A stretch of DNA of 64,000 nucleotides from Paragordius varius (taxonomy: Eukaryota > Animalia > Nematomorpha). Location of the stretch: NCBI GenBank assembly GCA_964247055.1, contig OZ176052.1:5952001-6016000 (forward strand). The letters run 5' to 3'. Under the pieces are notes generated by a model. The model searched no databases. It was not told where the DNA came from and saw only the letters and a program-made list of their open reading frames with translations. Below, piece after piece: positions 12,801-25,980 of this stretch. The position numbers were made by a program, and so were the translations under genes. The first letter of the stretch is position 1, and every line of letters starts with the position of its first letter.

Positions 12801-15800
12801 CTATTTTAAATTAAATTTCTCTGTCGATTCATCGTAAACCAAGAAATTTTCTTCGACCTTTTCTATCAAAAAGGTGTGAATATCTTGTTGTGACAGATTC
12901 TTTTTGTCAGCAAGGGTTGGCATTTGATTTATATAGGCCATAAGGTTTGAATATAGGTGTGATAAGGTCACGTTTCCACCATTATTCGTTATAAAATTTT
13001 TGATGAATAGCCATATAATCTAATGCACATATAAACGAAAAAATTAAAAAAATGCGACCTTTAAGTAAAACGGTTTTTTTGCCTAAAACAACTGTAAGCA
13101 TGCATTGTGTTTAGGATAAAAAAAGCACAAATAATTTAATAGTATATGCAAATCGCATCTATTAGCATGTTAACAGAATTCTCATATTACTAATGTCATA
13201 TAATACATAAAAGGGTGTTAAACCTACCCCTAGGATTAGATTTCGACTAATTGTAGTTTCTAACCATTCATTAAAATAGAAAAACTATATTTAACTAAAC
13301 GATATGAATATATAATATAATTCCCTAAGGAAAAGATTCAAATCTAGACTGCACTAATTCCATATGTTAATGGTGTTTAATATATTACTACTTACCAATA
13401 AAAATTTAGGAAATAGATTGGATGATAATCATTTTTCCTAATTAACCTAATACCAATGATGATGAAAAAATCTATATAAAAAGGAGGTCTTAAATTTTCA
13501 AAGATAGTTAAAACCAATAAAAGTTCAAAATTTATCAGTAATTTTTATATTTAAGAGATATTATATTAATTATATATACAATAACCTTATTCTTTGTTCC
13601 TTCAATAGGGTTCAATTTCTTTTTAGTATTTTCTTTTAGTGTTTTTATTTCCAAAAAATTTTGCTCTTTGATATTTGATGATAGAAAAGGATTTGATTGA
13701 GTATCAAGGGACTTATTTTTTTCCGTCATGTGAAGGAGGGCTATATATGCATCGTTTGGAACATAATATTGATCTTTATAAACCTATATGGCAAAAATTA
13801 ACAAATTAATATAAAATTTTATTCATTATATGCAAAATTAGGTATAGATTTGTGCTTTCAGAAAAAAAGCAATTAACAGATTTTTAAGCTTAAAGATTCG
13901 CCGAAAAAAGTACTGTCATAAATTAATTAAAAATGTCGGATAGGTAAGACGATTTCTTAGATCCCATTTTTTACAGAAAAGGATATCTACAATCATTTGC
14001 CATTAATGTCTATTGAAACATTATAATAAGGTCAATTAATAAATTTTTAAATAAATATTAATTTTACTTTTATAATGTTTTGATTAATCCAATATGTTAG
14101 GTTTGATAAAATTTGATCACAATCAACATTCAACTCTTTACTAAACTGTTGGGCCGTTAAACAATAACCTTCCAAAAATGTGGTTTCCTCGAGCTAAGAT
14201 GTTTTAGTAAATTCACAAAGAAAATTATAATTCGAAAAAACATGAAATGTTTTATAAACAGCAAAATTAACTTTTACACCTTTTTAATTTTAAAAATTTA
14301 AATCTTTAAGGTGATGGTTACGAAATTTTTATTACCACGCTATTTATGGTTTTCATATTGTCATTCTCAGTGAATTGCAAAATAATAGAAGCTTGTATGG
14401 GATTTACAGTATGTTGAGTTATAATGGAATTTGTATCATCGCTGTTAGTTATATAATTTGTCATTCCAATCTCAAGTACTATTTGTCCTAATTCAGGTTC
14501 GATAAAGAGTTTTCGATATTTCTGCATGCAACAATTTTGGCAATATATACCATTTAAATTTCGAAATCACCCTCGAACACTTCAAATTCATCCTTGGACA
14601 ATTCAAATTCACCCGGAAATTGTTTTGGAATATCGAATTTTTTTTTTATATTTTTAAAAAATGAATTTGGTTTAAAATTAATATAATACTACCGAAAAAT
14701 TAATAAACTATAACATAAAGAAGGAAATATTTTATATTAATAATGTGTTATATTAGCCCGATAATATAATTATTTTTAGAACAATTTTGAATTGTTTATG
14801 GGTGATTTGAGGTGTTGTTTGTTTAATTTAATATTTCATGTGAACGATTGATCTCTTACCTTAACTTGAGCATAATGTTTCAGAAACATCTCATGTCCCT
14901 TAATAATTTTTTGTGGTAAAATTATGCCCTTTGTTTGGTTGTTAATAAGCTTAATTTGGTCATTTGAAGTGTCATCGATTTTGTTAAACATTGATGGTGT
15001 AATTGCCCAAAATTCATAGGAATATATAAATATATGGATGGATGAATCTGCTTGTTGTGCCTAAAAAATATATAACAACAATAGATTTTATTGCATATTA
15101 ATCACAGAGTAATGACAAAATATATAAAAAAATTGTTTAATTCTTATTCTACAGCTGAAACTTCATATAAATGCAAAGGGAGTATTTCAATCGTACTTCA
15201 GGTCGAATAAAACATACTCATATTAATGGAAATATGACGCTTTATCTCATAATGGGATTCGCTTTATTTTAATGGCTTCAGATCTTAAAGCAAACTAAAA
15301 TCTATATAAAATTTAACATTTAAGTCCTTAATTAAATTTGAAGTAAGCTTATTATGTAAAAATATAAAATAATGATTTATAAATAATCAAAAAATTAACT
15401 TACTCTGTTAAAAGATTTATTTATGTTGTAGGAATCAAGGGAATCTTGTATCATAACTTGACAAGAATCCATATGTGTTTCACCTATAACACCAAAAATA
15501 TATATCTAAGAAATCTAGCGTTGATGCAAAAAAAATTATTCGGAAAAACTCTTTATAAAAAGCAGATACCAAAAAATATGTTTACCAAATCGTTCCTTCA
15601 AACATTCAATAATTTTCCGTTCATGGTCATGGAATGAAATTGTCATTTTATCATTGTGATTGTAGTTTGTTTCTTCCATCATAGTATTTGGATAATACAT
15701 TGTGCAAAAATACTTAACAAGTCTTTGACCCAATTGTGACACATATTCTTGTACAAAATGGTCCAAAGTCCCAAAAACAAATAAAAGATTTAAAAGATCT

Positions 15801-18800
15801 TTATTGTATCGATTAAGCCTTTGATTTTTGGCAAAAAAATCCGTGTTTGTTCCGTCTTGTGCACTATTACTGCTGGCTTGGGGTGGTGGACTAAATATGG
15901 GCCCATTATTTTTGTGTGCCAAAAAATCGGTCGAATTCCGCGGATAAACATAACGGTTATAGCGATCAAAAAAGTCGATATCCCGAACTGTATATTAGTT
16001 AACATTGTTTTCATTTTTTGTTTAATTGATTAGTTTTGAATTTTACATATTTTGTTAATCGAAAAAAAAGGTCGGTAAAATGTATCGAAAATTTTGGGAT
16101 ATTAAAATTAAAAAATTTATTTACGAGAATTTATTTATAATAACATAGATTATTTGTTTAAAAAAGTTGGCTATCCTATATTTGCGTATAAAATTAAGTG
16201 TGAAATGTCATAAATTTTAACGTTGTCCCAAAAACAACGTCATTTTTTGACTACCGAATATTAATTAATATATCTCACAAAATAATGATAATTACAACTT
16301 TGAGAGTTATCACAATTCTGTGGCAATGCATACATTGATGGCAAATGATATACATCTAACTTATCATCTTGATCGATTTCAGATAAAATCTCTTCAATAA
16401 CTACTTTAAGTTTGCTTGAAGACTGTTAAAATAAAAAATTATCATATGATAATTTTAGGTAAATGGTTTTTTTCCTTTTGGATTACAAACTAAATAATAT
16501 GAAATATTTTAATTTTGATAAATTTAATAAAATACAGTTATATAAGTGATATATGCATTTGTGTTTTTTAAATTTAATATAATAGTAAAAGTCCGTATAG
16601 AAATAGTATGACATAAAATATGTCTCACAATTTTCGGGACCGGTTTTGGATTGGTGACAAACGAAACGATGTATTTGACAGTGTCAGGTTGTTTCCTATA
16701 ACAATATTATAATAGAATTTTTTGAATTAAATGATTATATAATATATTGTTTAAAGTAATAATGAATGGTTGAGGATATTATAAAAGTAATATAGGGATT
16801 CAAAATATCATCATATTTATATATGGTCAAATATTAAAATTTACAAAACTCAAATAATATCGAAAATAAGTTATTACTGTTTACTATGCAATTTAATGGT
16901 TGCTTATTTCGCACTTTAGCTAGGCAATTTGTAAAACAGTAGTGTATGAAAAAAAGAAAGGAGATATAATTGTTTATTTAACATTTTGTTGATTTTTCCA
17001 TAGACTACTGCATTGCGAATGGCCCTACTATAGTGTGTAAGCAACCATTAAAATGCATATTATATATTCATTCATAAAATATAAAATAAAGATAAAATAA
17101 TTAAATTAATTTATTACATCAAATAATTTTGTATCGATTGCGTAACAACACTTTCAAACGGGGCATACATATATTTTATGGAGTTTATGATGGATATGAA
17201 AGATTCCAGGATATACTTGGTTGAGTTTTCTAGATAATGAGATTAAAAATTATATTTAGCACAATTAGTATCTGGGCCAAACCAATAATGCCTAATTGAT
17301 AAATTAAGTAATTGGCTTTCGGAAAGGGAAAAAACTATAACGAATCATATGAGCTAAAACACACCCTATGGGATAAACCAGGGATGTCTAACATACTTTT
17401 TTCGGTTAGCAAAAAAGCTTTAAAAATGTTAATAAAATAAAAATTTGGTTAATCAATTATTACGATTATTTAGAAGATATATTATCCGAAATTGGGCTCA
17501 AAATAAATAAACAACAAATTTATCAAAGTAGCCGCCAAGATATGTGTTGGACATTTCTGGAATAAACGAATAGATTGCATAAGAAGGGGGAAAATGAAGG
17601 ATTTTGAGATAGTTTATAATTTTATTATTTAATTAAATAAAATTATATTTGGAAAAAAAATTTAAGAGGGTTTAACAGTTTTAGAAAACAATTTTAAAGA
17701 TATTACTATCTTTATAATTTAACTGTTGCAAAGTAATTTAAAAAACCGATAAAAAATACATCTCCAACATAAAATTAAAATTTTTGGTTATCAATGTGAA
17801 AGTATCTATATAAATTTTTTTCATTTGTGGATACATTTTTTAAATAACAGAATTTTTTTTCATATTTATACAATTTAAATAAAGCAAAAATGAACCAATG
17901 TTATTTGATAATACCGCAAATGCCCTTCAAAATAATATCAAATAAACAATAATAGAAACCAATTTTTTGTGCACGCATGAAAGTACAGTCATGTATTTTT
18001 TATTTTATCAAAAATTTATTTTCTTTCGTTAAATGGGTATAAATTTTTGTAGAATGGATAAAACAAGAGCTCTATGGTATTAACAATATCATATTCATCA
18101 AAAAAGTATAAGAATTACAATAGTGCTTTTGTTTTTTCCATTCTTTACCAAATATTTATACCAATTTAACGAAAAAAAATTGATAAAGTACAGGATACTT
18201 GACTGTAATTTTTTTAAAACCAATGTGATATTTTTAGTTAAATGAGTTTTCATTGAATTGAAACAATCATAAATGACAATATCGATTAAAATTTAGGTGG
18301 TTAGCCATGCATTCAATATAAACTTTATATACAAGGCCTTTATATGCTTTTAACCCTAAATTATTTAAACTAATTATATTTTTTGTCAACTGTGATTCAA
18401 TAAATAATGTAACGATAATTTCCGAAATCACATAATAATGGAGGGCAAATTAAATATTTTGATTTTTATTAATACCAGGTTTTAATAATTTTTCTGAGAT
18501 TTGAAGTAGGATACATTGACACATTTCATCAATAGATGTAAAATTACATTCTGCACCGTAATGTTCAATAATAACTTTGATATTTCTTAGTATGGATAAA
18601 TTGAAGGGGAAATTACAAAGTATTTCTATAAACTAATATTATAAAAAGCTAACATTTGATTTAATATTGGTTAAATATGATTCATAACATGTTTGTCTAA
18701 AATCACATTGAAAACTTTCTAAACATTTGGAAAAATTGGGTTCACTAAGCATCTTCTAATTAAAAAATATATAGACTTTAGCAATATAACTGTTGACATA

Positions 18801-19200
18801 GAAATCAGGTTCATTAATATTATTTGACAAATAGTCTTTTAAATAATTATTCAGGCTTGTACAAAATATCGATTTTAAATCATGCCATAAATAAAATTCG
18901 TCCCTAAAATAAAAAATATTTATACATCTGTTGGATAAATAACATTGAACATTTTATATCCCAAATATTTTTTAGATATGTCCCAAAGATTGCATCCATT
19001 TTTTCGGCAAAACTAGAGTTTTGCAAAATTAGTATTTTTAAAACGTATGATTTGATTGAGGAATTTATGTTTAGCAAATTCATTTCATCAGCGATGCGAT
19101 CAAAAAATTCTATTACCGATGTAAAATTTGATGAAATAAAAGGAACTGAATTATCAAACAATAGTTTAATCTGATAAAAATTATCAGCCTTAAATTCCAT
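12801..19200 (-). CDS. ANAPC2: Anaphase-promoting complex subunit 2 (cullin-like)
   Basis: Resolved exons: 19200-18926, 18903-18777, 18755-18654, 18632-18476, 17229-17118, 15987-15586, 15483-15404, 15060-14860, one starting at 14521, and last exon 13019-12801 (TAG). Motifs: FIEILCNFP..EKLLKP; DLLNLLFVFGTLDHFVQEYVSQLGQRL; IECLKERFGETHMDSCQVMIQD; YSYEFW; RKLFIEPELGQIVLEI; VNPIQASIILQF; C-terminal winged helix IWLFIKNFITN...FLIEKVEENFLVY. A few middle exons were not resolved. Confidence 0.93.
14548..14825. mobile_element. MITE family A copy filling most of an APC2 intron
   Basis: Begins TATACCATTTAAATTTCGAAATCACCC with repeated subterminal units. It occupies ~280 of the 338-nt intron 14522-14859. 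Confidence 0.75.
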
Positions 19201-19274
19201 TCAAAAATTTAAATATCCCCCATGAACCGAGTCAAAAATAATTCAATACACATGCATTTATAAGTGATCCAGGT
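19201..19274. promoter_or_regulatory. Inferred bidirectional promoter/5' leader region between APC2 and AP-3 mu
   Basis: Only 74 bp separate the divergent ATGs (19200 on -, 19275 on +). Inferred from gene geometry; no specific motif is claimed. Confidence 0.55.
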
Positions 19275-22200
19275 ATGATCCACAGTTTATTTATCATAAA
19301 TAAGCATGGGTATTTTATTTAACTAATAATATTTAGTGATATATTTATGGAAAAACATTGGAAAAGTGTCATTCATAAATCAATTTGTGATTATTTTTTT
19401 GAGGAACAGAAAAAGAATAAGGAATATATTAATATATCCCCAATTATTTCGACGCCTAAACATATTTTGATCAATATTTATAGGTCCAAATTGTTTTTTG
19501 TAGCCGTTCTATCAACAGAATGTTAGTAATTTTTAATTTTCAAGGTCCACCATTATTCGTGATAGAGTTTTTACACAGAATAGTTGATACAATTGTTGAC
19601 TATTTCCAAGATTGTAATGAAAGTATTATCAAAGAAAATTATGTCCTCATTTATGAAGTTATACTTATAAATATACGTGCCAGATATTAGATGAAATGTT
19701 AGATGATGGATATCCATTGATTACGGAACCTAATATTTTAAAGGAGTTGATTAAACCACCAAATTTGTTTAGAACGCTTACCAATACGGTTACTGGGAAA
19801 TCCAAGTTTTTAAATATTATATCATCATATCGGTTTAACTGAATATAAGTAATTAATATACGTATTTAGTTCATTATATCGCCATTGGCTATAAATAAAC
19901 TATTGCCCCTAAATGCGATTAGAAATTAACATAATAATTATTAAAATAACACGATATTTCGTCTTCTTTTTTGAAGATTTTATTAAGCGGTAGTTATATA
20001 GACTTATATCCGAAATCAAATTTGATGAAAATGGTTATCATCACCAACAATTTTATCGAATCTACAATAAATACCATAAAAACACAAAATGTCCCTCAAA
20101 CCAATATTACTTCACCATCACTATATCATTACCATTCATTGGATGTGTGACTAACAAAATTAGATTCCCAAAAAATACAATATACGAACGATCTATAAAC
20201 CGTGCTCAAAACTTTTTCATCCTTACCAAAAGATGAGATTTTCAGTACAGTTACCCAGGTGAATACAAAGGACGTTCATTAACGAGTGTCCCATGGATAT
20301 TGAAAAAGTAGTTAAAACCAGAATATCGGAGCATTCATCATACATAAAAAACAACTGAATCAGGGCTTGCAGAGCGTAAAAAAGGTGATGGTATATAGAT
20401 ACCTTCGATCAGGTTTTTTCATTATTATTAATTAGACTTTAAAGTTTACAATCAATTACCATATAAACCACTATATAAGCCGATATTTTCGAACAAACTC
20501 TCATTTGTTAAAGTCTCCAGAAAAGAAGACGAAATATCGTGTTATTTTGACAATTGTTTAATAGAAAGCTAATATTTGAATTTGTATTTTTATTAAAATG
20601 CGAATCCATCAAATTGTGCATATCACTAGAATTTAATTTTTTTGTTATTTTTTATAATATTAATAATTAATTAGGTATCACATATCTTATTTTAAATTTA
20701 ATTGGTAAAAAAATCTTAACTATCTATTTATACATTCAATTTAAAAACAAATCCAAGTGCAAATTTAACTTTATATTTGTTTTTTTTTTCAATTTTTTTA
20801 CTTCTTAACCTTTATTCAAAAAGTTACACCACACATAATACCTTTATTATCCAAAATAATTTTGCTATAGTTTGAGCGAAGAATTACCCAAAAATCATTT
20901 TTCAGCCGTACCTTGGCGTGGAACTGGAATCAAATACACCAACAATGAAGCTTATTTCGATATTGTAGAGGAAATCGATGCTATAATTGATCGATATGGT
21001 TCGATTGTTTCCTCAGAAATACAGGGCAATGTAGGGGCATATTTTGTCTTTAAATATTTTTGTTTTCAATTTTGATAACTATGGTATATTGGGTCTTATC
21101 AATTATGAGGGCCCACATGAATAATGCAGGAGACTTGATCGTGACCGTTTTTAGAAATAAGCAGACCATTTTTTTGAATATATGTTTAAACGTGATATAA
21201 TTTACAGATATTAATGGTAAAATCTGAATCAATGTATAAAAATATTTATTTAGAGAGTAATTACTATAAACTATAATTTTGTTAAATATACCATTAAGAC
21301 TTCAAATTTATCTTGAACAATTCAAATTCACCCTAAAATAAATTATGCGTATTTTGCAATAAAAAAATACCTATATTTTTTAATAAAATTTTGTTTAAAT
21401 TTAAAATAATATTGAAAAAATAATAAACTTATAGATATATTTAAAATGATGAGTTATATTAGCTGAAAATACATAATTCATTTTAGGGTTTGATTTGAAT
21501 TAGGGTGAATTTGAAGTGTAAATGGTATATTAAAACACATTTCGCTGTTTTAATTTATATAATTAAATTTTCGCAATTCAAAGTTTAATTATTACTTTGA
21601 TTTCGCGGGAAAAAACTTGTTTTATATGGTCCCAAAATAATGCATATCTGATAGTAATTAATTTGTTATGGTTATTATAAACTTTCTTACGCTTTCAGAC
21701 AGGTTGTTATTTTTTGATTGGTCAAAAACAAAACCATATTTTAGTCCAGATTGCAAAGAATTGCAAAACGAAATTAAGATCATTGTTTTAAAAACTAGTA
21801 AAATTTTTATTGCATAAATGTTTATTGTTATAATTATTATTTTTGAACAAATTTGATATTGGACTAGAAAATTTTTTATACATTGTGACGGGTATATTTA
21901 TATCATAGGAATTTTTATAGAAATTATTATAGAATGATATATTGTGTAAACTATATTTTGTGCCGTATATATATGCGTGGTAATTTGAATATAAGAAGAG
22001 GTGCGTTATATATAGGAGTATAAACAAATAATTTATATAAGGTCATACATAGATAATATTTTAGGTTAACATACAATATAATATGGTCAAAGGATATTTT
22101 TGGTGGGTTATATATGTAATGTATATTTCATTAAAAAAAATCATAGGCGCATTTACTCTATGTAAGAAATTTAAATATTAAATGTGCTCCCTTAACTCAG

Positions 22201-25030
22201 TCATAACGATAGTTTTGGAATCGGATTCAATTTTTTGCCATAAACCGAAGATTTGTAGAAAATAAAATTATTAAGAATCCATATTAAGCTATTAAACTTA
22301 TTAAATTTTTAAATTATTTATATTTTCTATCCAACAAACTTTTATAACAATTAATTTTATCACATATTTGAATTAAAGTGTAGGTCAGAACACATAGCCC
22401 AATTAAAGTAACTCCATTGAAATCATATTTAAAAAGGAATTTAAATTGACCATATAAAATTGGTAAAAGACCAGGTTTTCTAGAAAATATATATTAATCG
22501 CGATTTTTTTTATATAGCTGTTAGATCTAAAAAAATTTACAAGAGTTTACACCGTTTAATTATATGCCCATCAATATGTGGTAGTTTTACGGATAATACG
22601 TGGTTGTATATATCTATATAGATGCATTCCCATTGTAGCATTTTTTAAGTTTGAAAAAGCACCCCTAATTTTTGCAAGATGAGAATCAAATTGAATAGTA
22701 AAAAGATTTTTAATAAAGCGTTTTAGATAATTGCATCGTTGAATAAACACATTTTTTTGCCTTTTGAAACGCTTTTATACTTATCAAAAATTAGGCACAA
22801 AAGCAAACACTTTTCGATAATAATAATATGAAATTAAATTTTTATTTAAAATGACCGATTTTATGTCGGTAATTGAAAAATCTTGTTGCTTTTGTATGGC
22901 TGTCATAAATACATTATACATTATTTTTTGCTTTTTCTTTTAGATTGACTGTTGCATAAAGTTAAGCGGTATGCCTGAATTAATGATGTGCTTTTCCAAT
23001 CCACGCATTCTCGACGACGTTAGTTTTCACCCTTGTGTCCGATTGAAAAATTGGGAAATGGATAAAAGACTCATTTTTATACCTCCTGATGGAAATTTTC
23101 GACTCATGTCTTATAAAGTATTTGAAAATTTTTTAACAGAGTAGTTTAGATTTAATTAAGGTTAGGTTTTAATTTTTCAAATTGATATTTTATGATTTAT
23201 TTGCTTTAATTATTTAATATAATATTTACAATTCAAATTCACCCTTGAACATTTTAAATGCACCCCCGAACAAAATAAATCACCCTAAAAATAAATTATG
23301 TGTTTTCGGACCTAAATAACTCATTATTAATATGAAATATATCTTTATGGCTTAGCATATTATTTTTTCAGTATTTTTTTAATTTTAAACAAAATTTATT
23401 TTTTTGCAAATATAAAAAAATAAGGTTTAATATGAATTGTTCAAGAGTAAATTTGAAGTGTAAATGGTATATTATATAATAGTTTATTCTGCTATAATAT
23501 GAGGATGCTGTAAGAGCACAAATTTTATTTTGGTCTTTTTAATATCTTTTTATATCCGTTTAATCGCTTTAAACAGGTGATGTTAGCCTGTATTGTTGAG
23601 TCGCAGTATTTTGGTTTATACGTAAATAATTTTTCTCTTTAAAAAGTTCTCATAATCTGAAATAAAAATACAATTATAGAATTTACTTTTTCTATAATCA
23701 AAATTTATATCATGCTCATAGGTATCCAATTCAAACAATATGGGGAACAATATTCTTCCTGTATTAATTCAACACTCAATAACATATAATACATCTAACT
23801 CCAAACTCAATTCATTATCTAATGGGGAAAATATAGGAGGAATAACTTATAATACGGGAAAATTTGATATTATTGTAGCACCACGAAATACTATGGGAAA
23901 ACAAGTCACTTATAATTTTTCACTCAATACTTTTGTTACATATATCTATACTTTCTAAATGGCAAAATTGGAATTATATATATACAGTCATATTTCTTTT
24001 TTGCATACTTTCTTTGTAAGGACTTTTTCCGCTTTATTCCGGAAATGTTTATTAAAACAACTTTTGAATTACGTTTTTTAGCGTCGAAATAACCTTATCT
24101 TATTTTATAAAATGTTTCAAATAAAATTTTTTCATGAGTAATTTTTTTTCCCTACCATTTTAGAAAACAATATATCACGATTTTAAGTTGCCGTTTTCCA
24201 AATTTGCGCTTGTTTTTGATATATAGGTATAAATGTTTGTCAATTCGTTGTGCTGGGAAAATCATATCTTTATTATATTTGTTATTATATAAAAGTGTTT
24301 ATCTCTGTTAGCAAAATATTTTTGAAATTCTCCATTTAGAAATAATATAAATATATATATTTATATATATGAAACGTTAGATTGAATCATGTAGTTTGAG
24401 TACGTTGATGCCAAAATCCGTCCTAAATCTAAATCTAATCGCTTCACAGGGTAATTATAGTTATGATCCAGTTTCAAAGAAACTAGAATGGAAAATTGGA
24501 AAAATTGAGTTATATAAGGGGTCGCCTCAATTGAAAGGAACGGTATTATATTCAAATAAATTATTAATATACATTACAAGCATTGCCAAAAATGGATTTA
24601 TAAACGAGTTTTAGCCAATATTCGATATAACGAAGTTGAATTTAAGTGTTAAGGAATTAACCTAAGAACTATTTTTTTTTACTGAAGACATATTAGCCGA
24701 GTTATCTGGTTAATACGGGTAAATGATTTATTAATTAATTCTGATTATGCAAACAATATTGTTAACTCTGTAAAACTTTTAAACAATATAAGCTCTATCA
24801 TTCATTATATGTTGGTTATCATTTTTTGCAATATTTATAAGATAACCCTTCAACCCGGAACAGTTGCGCCAGAATTTAATCCGACTATTAACCTCAACTT
24901 TTCGATTCCGCAACTCACAGTGTCAGGCTTGCGTGTAAGTCGTTTAGATATGTCCGACATAGAAAAATACAAACCATTTAAAGGCGTTAAATACGTAACC
25001 AAAGCTGGAAAATTCCAAATAAGAACATGA
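19275..25030 (+). CDS. AP3M1: AP-3 adaptor complex subunit mu
   Basis: Exons 19275-19309, 19337-19521, 19545-19657, 19684-19805, 20871-21030, 22944-23117, 23722-23904, 24381-24542, 24842-25030. The protein runs MIHSLFIINKHGDIFMEKHWKS...ILKELIKPP...VPWRGTGIKYTNNEAYFDIVEEIDAIID...LDDVSFHPCVR...FIPPDGNFRLMSY...EKYKPFKGVKYVTKAGKFQIRT, colinear end to end with AP3M1/2. Confidence 0.97.
19990..20410 (+). mobile_element. Highly decayed Penelope-like fragment in AP-3 mu intron 4
   Basis: Fragments read ..ENGY.., TISLPFIGCVTNKIR, NIRTIYKPCSK and KTRISEH, in the order expected for the PLE linker and GIY-YIG domain. Confidence 0.6.
21289..21527. mobile_element. MITE family A copy
   Basis: TATACCATT...AATGGTATA inverted termini with CAATTCAAATTCACCC subterminal units. 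Confidence 0.8.
23220..23469. mobile_element. MITE family A copy
   Basis: Three subterminal ...AATTCACCC-like units on the left; right end TTTGAAGTGTAAATGGTATA. Confidence 0.8.
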
Positions 25031-25383
25031 ATATTTATATATATTTCATAATAAATTTATTTATTTTTTTCAATAACTAATTTATCAGTTGCATATAGTT
25101 GGTTAATAATCACCTATGAGATATGAAATAATAAATACTTGTCGCCTGAGTATTTCCAGGTTATTTTGACCAAACTCGTACAATTTGCTTATTTTCTGTT
25201 CATCCGTAATATTTTTGTTCGTTTTAAACTCATATTTTATTCTTTCAACCGAGTATTCCCTTAAATTAATATAATAATATACCTAAAATTATACGAATTA
25301 AATTTTTTAGCTTCTCTGAGAAGGGCTCGATACAATATTAAAATGTTCATGCGTTCAATCATATGATAGTTTTAAAATTTTAA

Positions 25384-25910
25384 ATGTCAAAGCATGTTTT
25401 TGTGACAGTTGGGACAACGCAATTTAATGGAATGATAAAATCTGTTACTGATGTTAAATTTATTGAGATTCTTAAATCTATGGGATATAATTCTATGACT
25501 ATTCAATTGGGACAAGGTGAATATATTCCGCATAAGCTATCGACTTCTGATTTTAACATAAAATGGTATTTTTATGCCAATAGTCTTCTTCCAGATATTT
25601 TATCTGCAGATCTAGTTATTTCTCATGGAGGTTGTATATAAATAAGTATAATATTTTAGGTGCTGGAAGTATTATAGAAGTTTTGGAACAAGGTAAAAAG
25701 TTGGTTGTCATTTTAAATACTACATTAATGGATAATCACCAAAAGGAACTTGCTCAAAAAATGCGTGATTTAAATTTTTGCTTTTATACTACATGTGAAA
25801 ATTTATATACTGATTTACCAGAAATGGATTTTTCTACATTATCAAATTATCAACCCGGTGACCCTAAACTATTTGCTGATTTCATAGAAAAATTTTTTTA
25901 TACTAAATAA
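25384..25910 (+). CDS. ALG13: UDP-GlcNAc transferase catalytic subunit ALG13 (short form, 165 aa)
   Basis: Exons 25384-25630 and 25660-25910, split by a 29-nt GT-AG intron. Motifs VFVTVGTT, ADLVISHGGAGSIIE, LMDNHQKELA, YQPGDPKLF. Confidence 0.96.
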
Positions 25911-25980
25911 ATATGTTTATCTCGTAAATAAATTCTAGGGCCTATACGCAAAGTTAATTAGATAATAATTATTCCATAAC

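Noticed and set aside
17900-18360. Coding-looking stretches on the minus strand inside APC2 (GLKAYKGLVYKVYIECM.., FDEYDIVNTIELLF..)
   Set aside because: They could not be joined in phase without assuming frameshifts, and exon 17229-17118 already supplies the expected APC2 segment. Treated as intron pending RNA data.
18633-19683. Ciliate origin suggested by 20-30-nt introns
   Set aside because: TAA, TAG and TGA all act as stops in the gene models, and the gene and TE content (OST-alpha, spectrin repeats, Penelope, RTE) is animal-like.
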